DNA of 63,923 nucleotides, counting the filler, from Squatina squatina (Eukaryota): the NCBI GenBank assembly GCA_031763465.1. It is 3 parts of 3 records of this genome, joined end to end, with 100 filler letters (N's around TTAATTAATTAA, not from the genome) between each part and the next. Parts side by side here need not be neighbours in the genome. Positions count along the whole stretch, not along the records: positions 49,850 to 63,923 come from JARFOE010000176.1; 2 more parts are not named here. The stretch is one strand, 5' to 3'. The notes beneath the pieces are model-generated. The model was not told the DNA's origin, did no database searches, and was given only the letters and a program-made list of their open reading frames with translations. The position numbers were made by a program, and so were the translations under genes. Within the stretch, counting starts at the first letter, position 1; each line of letters opens with the position of its first letter. Below, piece after piece: positions 63,273-63,923 of this stretch.

Positions 63273-63923
63273 ACTGAAATTACAAAGCACCTCTGCGATT
63301 TTCTCAAGCTGATATCTTGAGCTATTCTTTGACACATGGAGACTGGCTGTTTCACTTCTCTGCCTGTTTTTACGTTCTCAATAACATCATATTACATGGA
63401 TGGAAGATCTATCTTTGTGGTGCACAGGGGTACTTGATGAATGGATGAGTATTGCTATGATGCACTTTAATTTAACTTTATCCACTGAATCCAGTCTGAA
63501 GCAAAGGAGTCTGACGCACTGGGACCTTCACTGGTTTCAATAAAAGATGGTTGATTGGACAAAGAAGCTTCATTCATTTACACAACGTGTGATGAGAGGG
63601 GACAGTGTACTCATGGATTTATTTGCCTTCAACTGGAGCGTGAAGCTAGGATGTGTTGTGAGCCCACTGTTGTTCTTTATATTTATTGAAGGCTAATAAA
63701 CAAGACAAAGGAGAGGTTTTAAGTTTAGACCTCAGGCGCTTGCAAACTCATTAGCTTACTTTGCAGTGCTTATAAGCGATAGAAGGACTGGTAGCAAAAG
63801 TGGTTTGATGATTTAAAGAGATTGTCTGTTCGGATTGAAGGAATAAAGCAGTAGTTTGTCGAATGGGATTAAACAGCATGTGCTGGATTATTTAAAAATA
63901 GTACATCATAGAATCTTATAGCA

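Noticed and set aside
21884-63923. Expected syntenic neighbours C10orf67 and PTF1A
   Set aside because: I looked for matching exons or a bHLH ORF and found none I can support; a tBLASTn search would be needed to exclude small diverged exons.

Overview
Eukaryotic genomic DNA from a vertebrate, very probably a cartilaginous fish (shark), judged from its HE1/HER1-type CR1 tails and SacSINE1/Deu-type SINEs. The assembly is highly fragmented and scaffolded: about 40 gaps of 100 N, several of 10 N, one of 338 N, and two artificial 44N-TTAATTAATTAA-44N spacers. Three protein-coding pieces are recognisable: one internal exon of KIAA1217/SKT (minus), the intronless deubiquitinase gene OTUD1 (minus, 5' end lost in a gap) and one ARID1B exon (plus). 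The ARID1B exon lies across a gap from OTUD1 and is probably a misplaced contig. The rest is intronic or intergenic DNA rich in CR1, L2 and RTE LINE pieces, Deu-SINEs, Penelope-like element (PLE) fragments and TIR-bounded MITE-like repeats. The most interesting biological signals are four copies of a PLE-derived repeat carrying a minimal type I hammerhead ribozyme motif (one apparently intact), hairpin-rich MITE-like elements, and motif-dense unique non-coding blocks that may be developmental enhancers. No prokaryote-type system (CRISPR, operon) is present. Gene and repeat identities come from recognition of remembered sequences, not from database searches.
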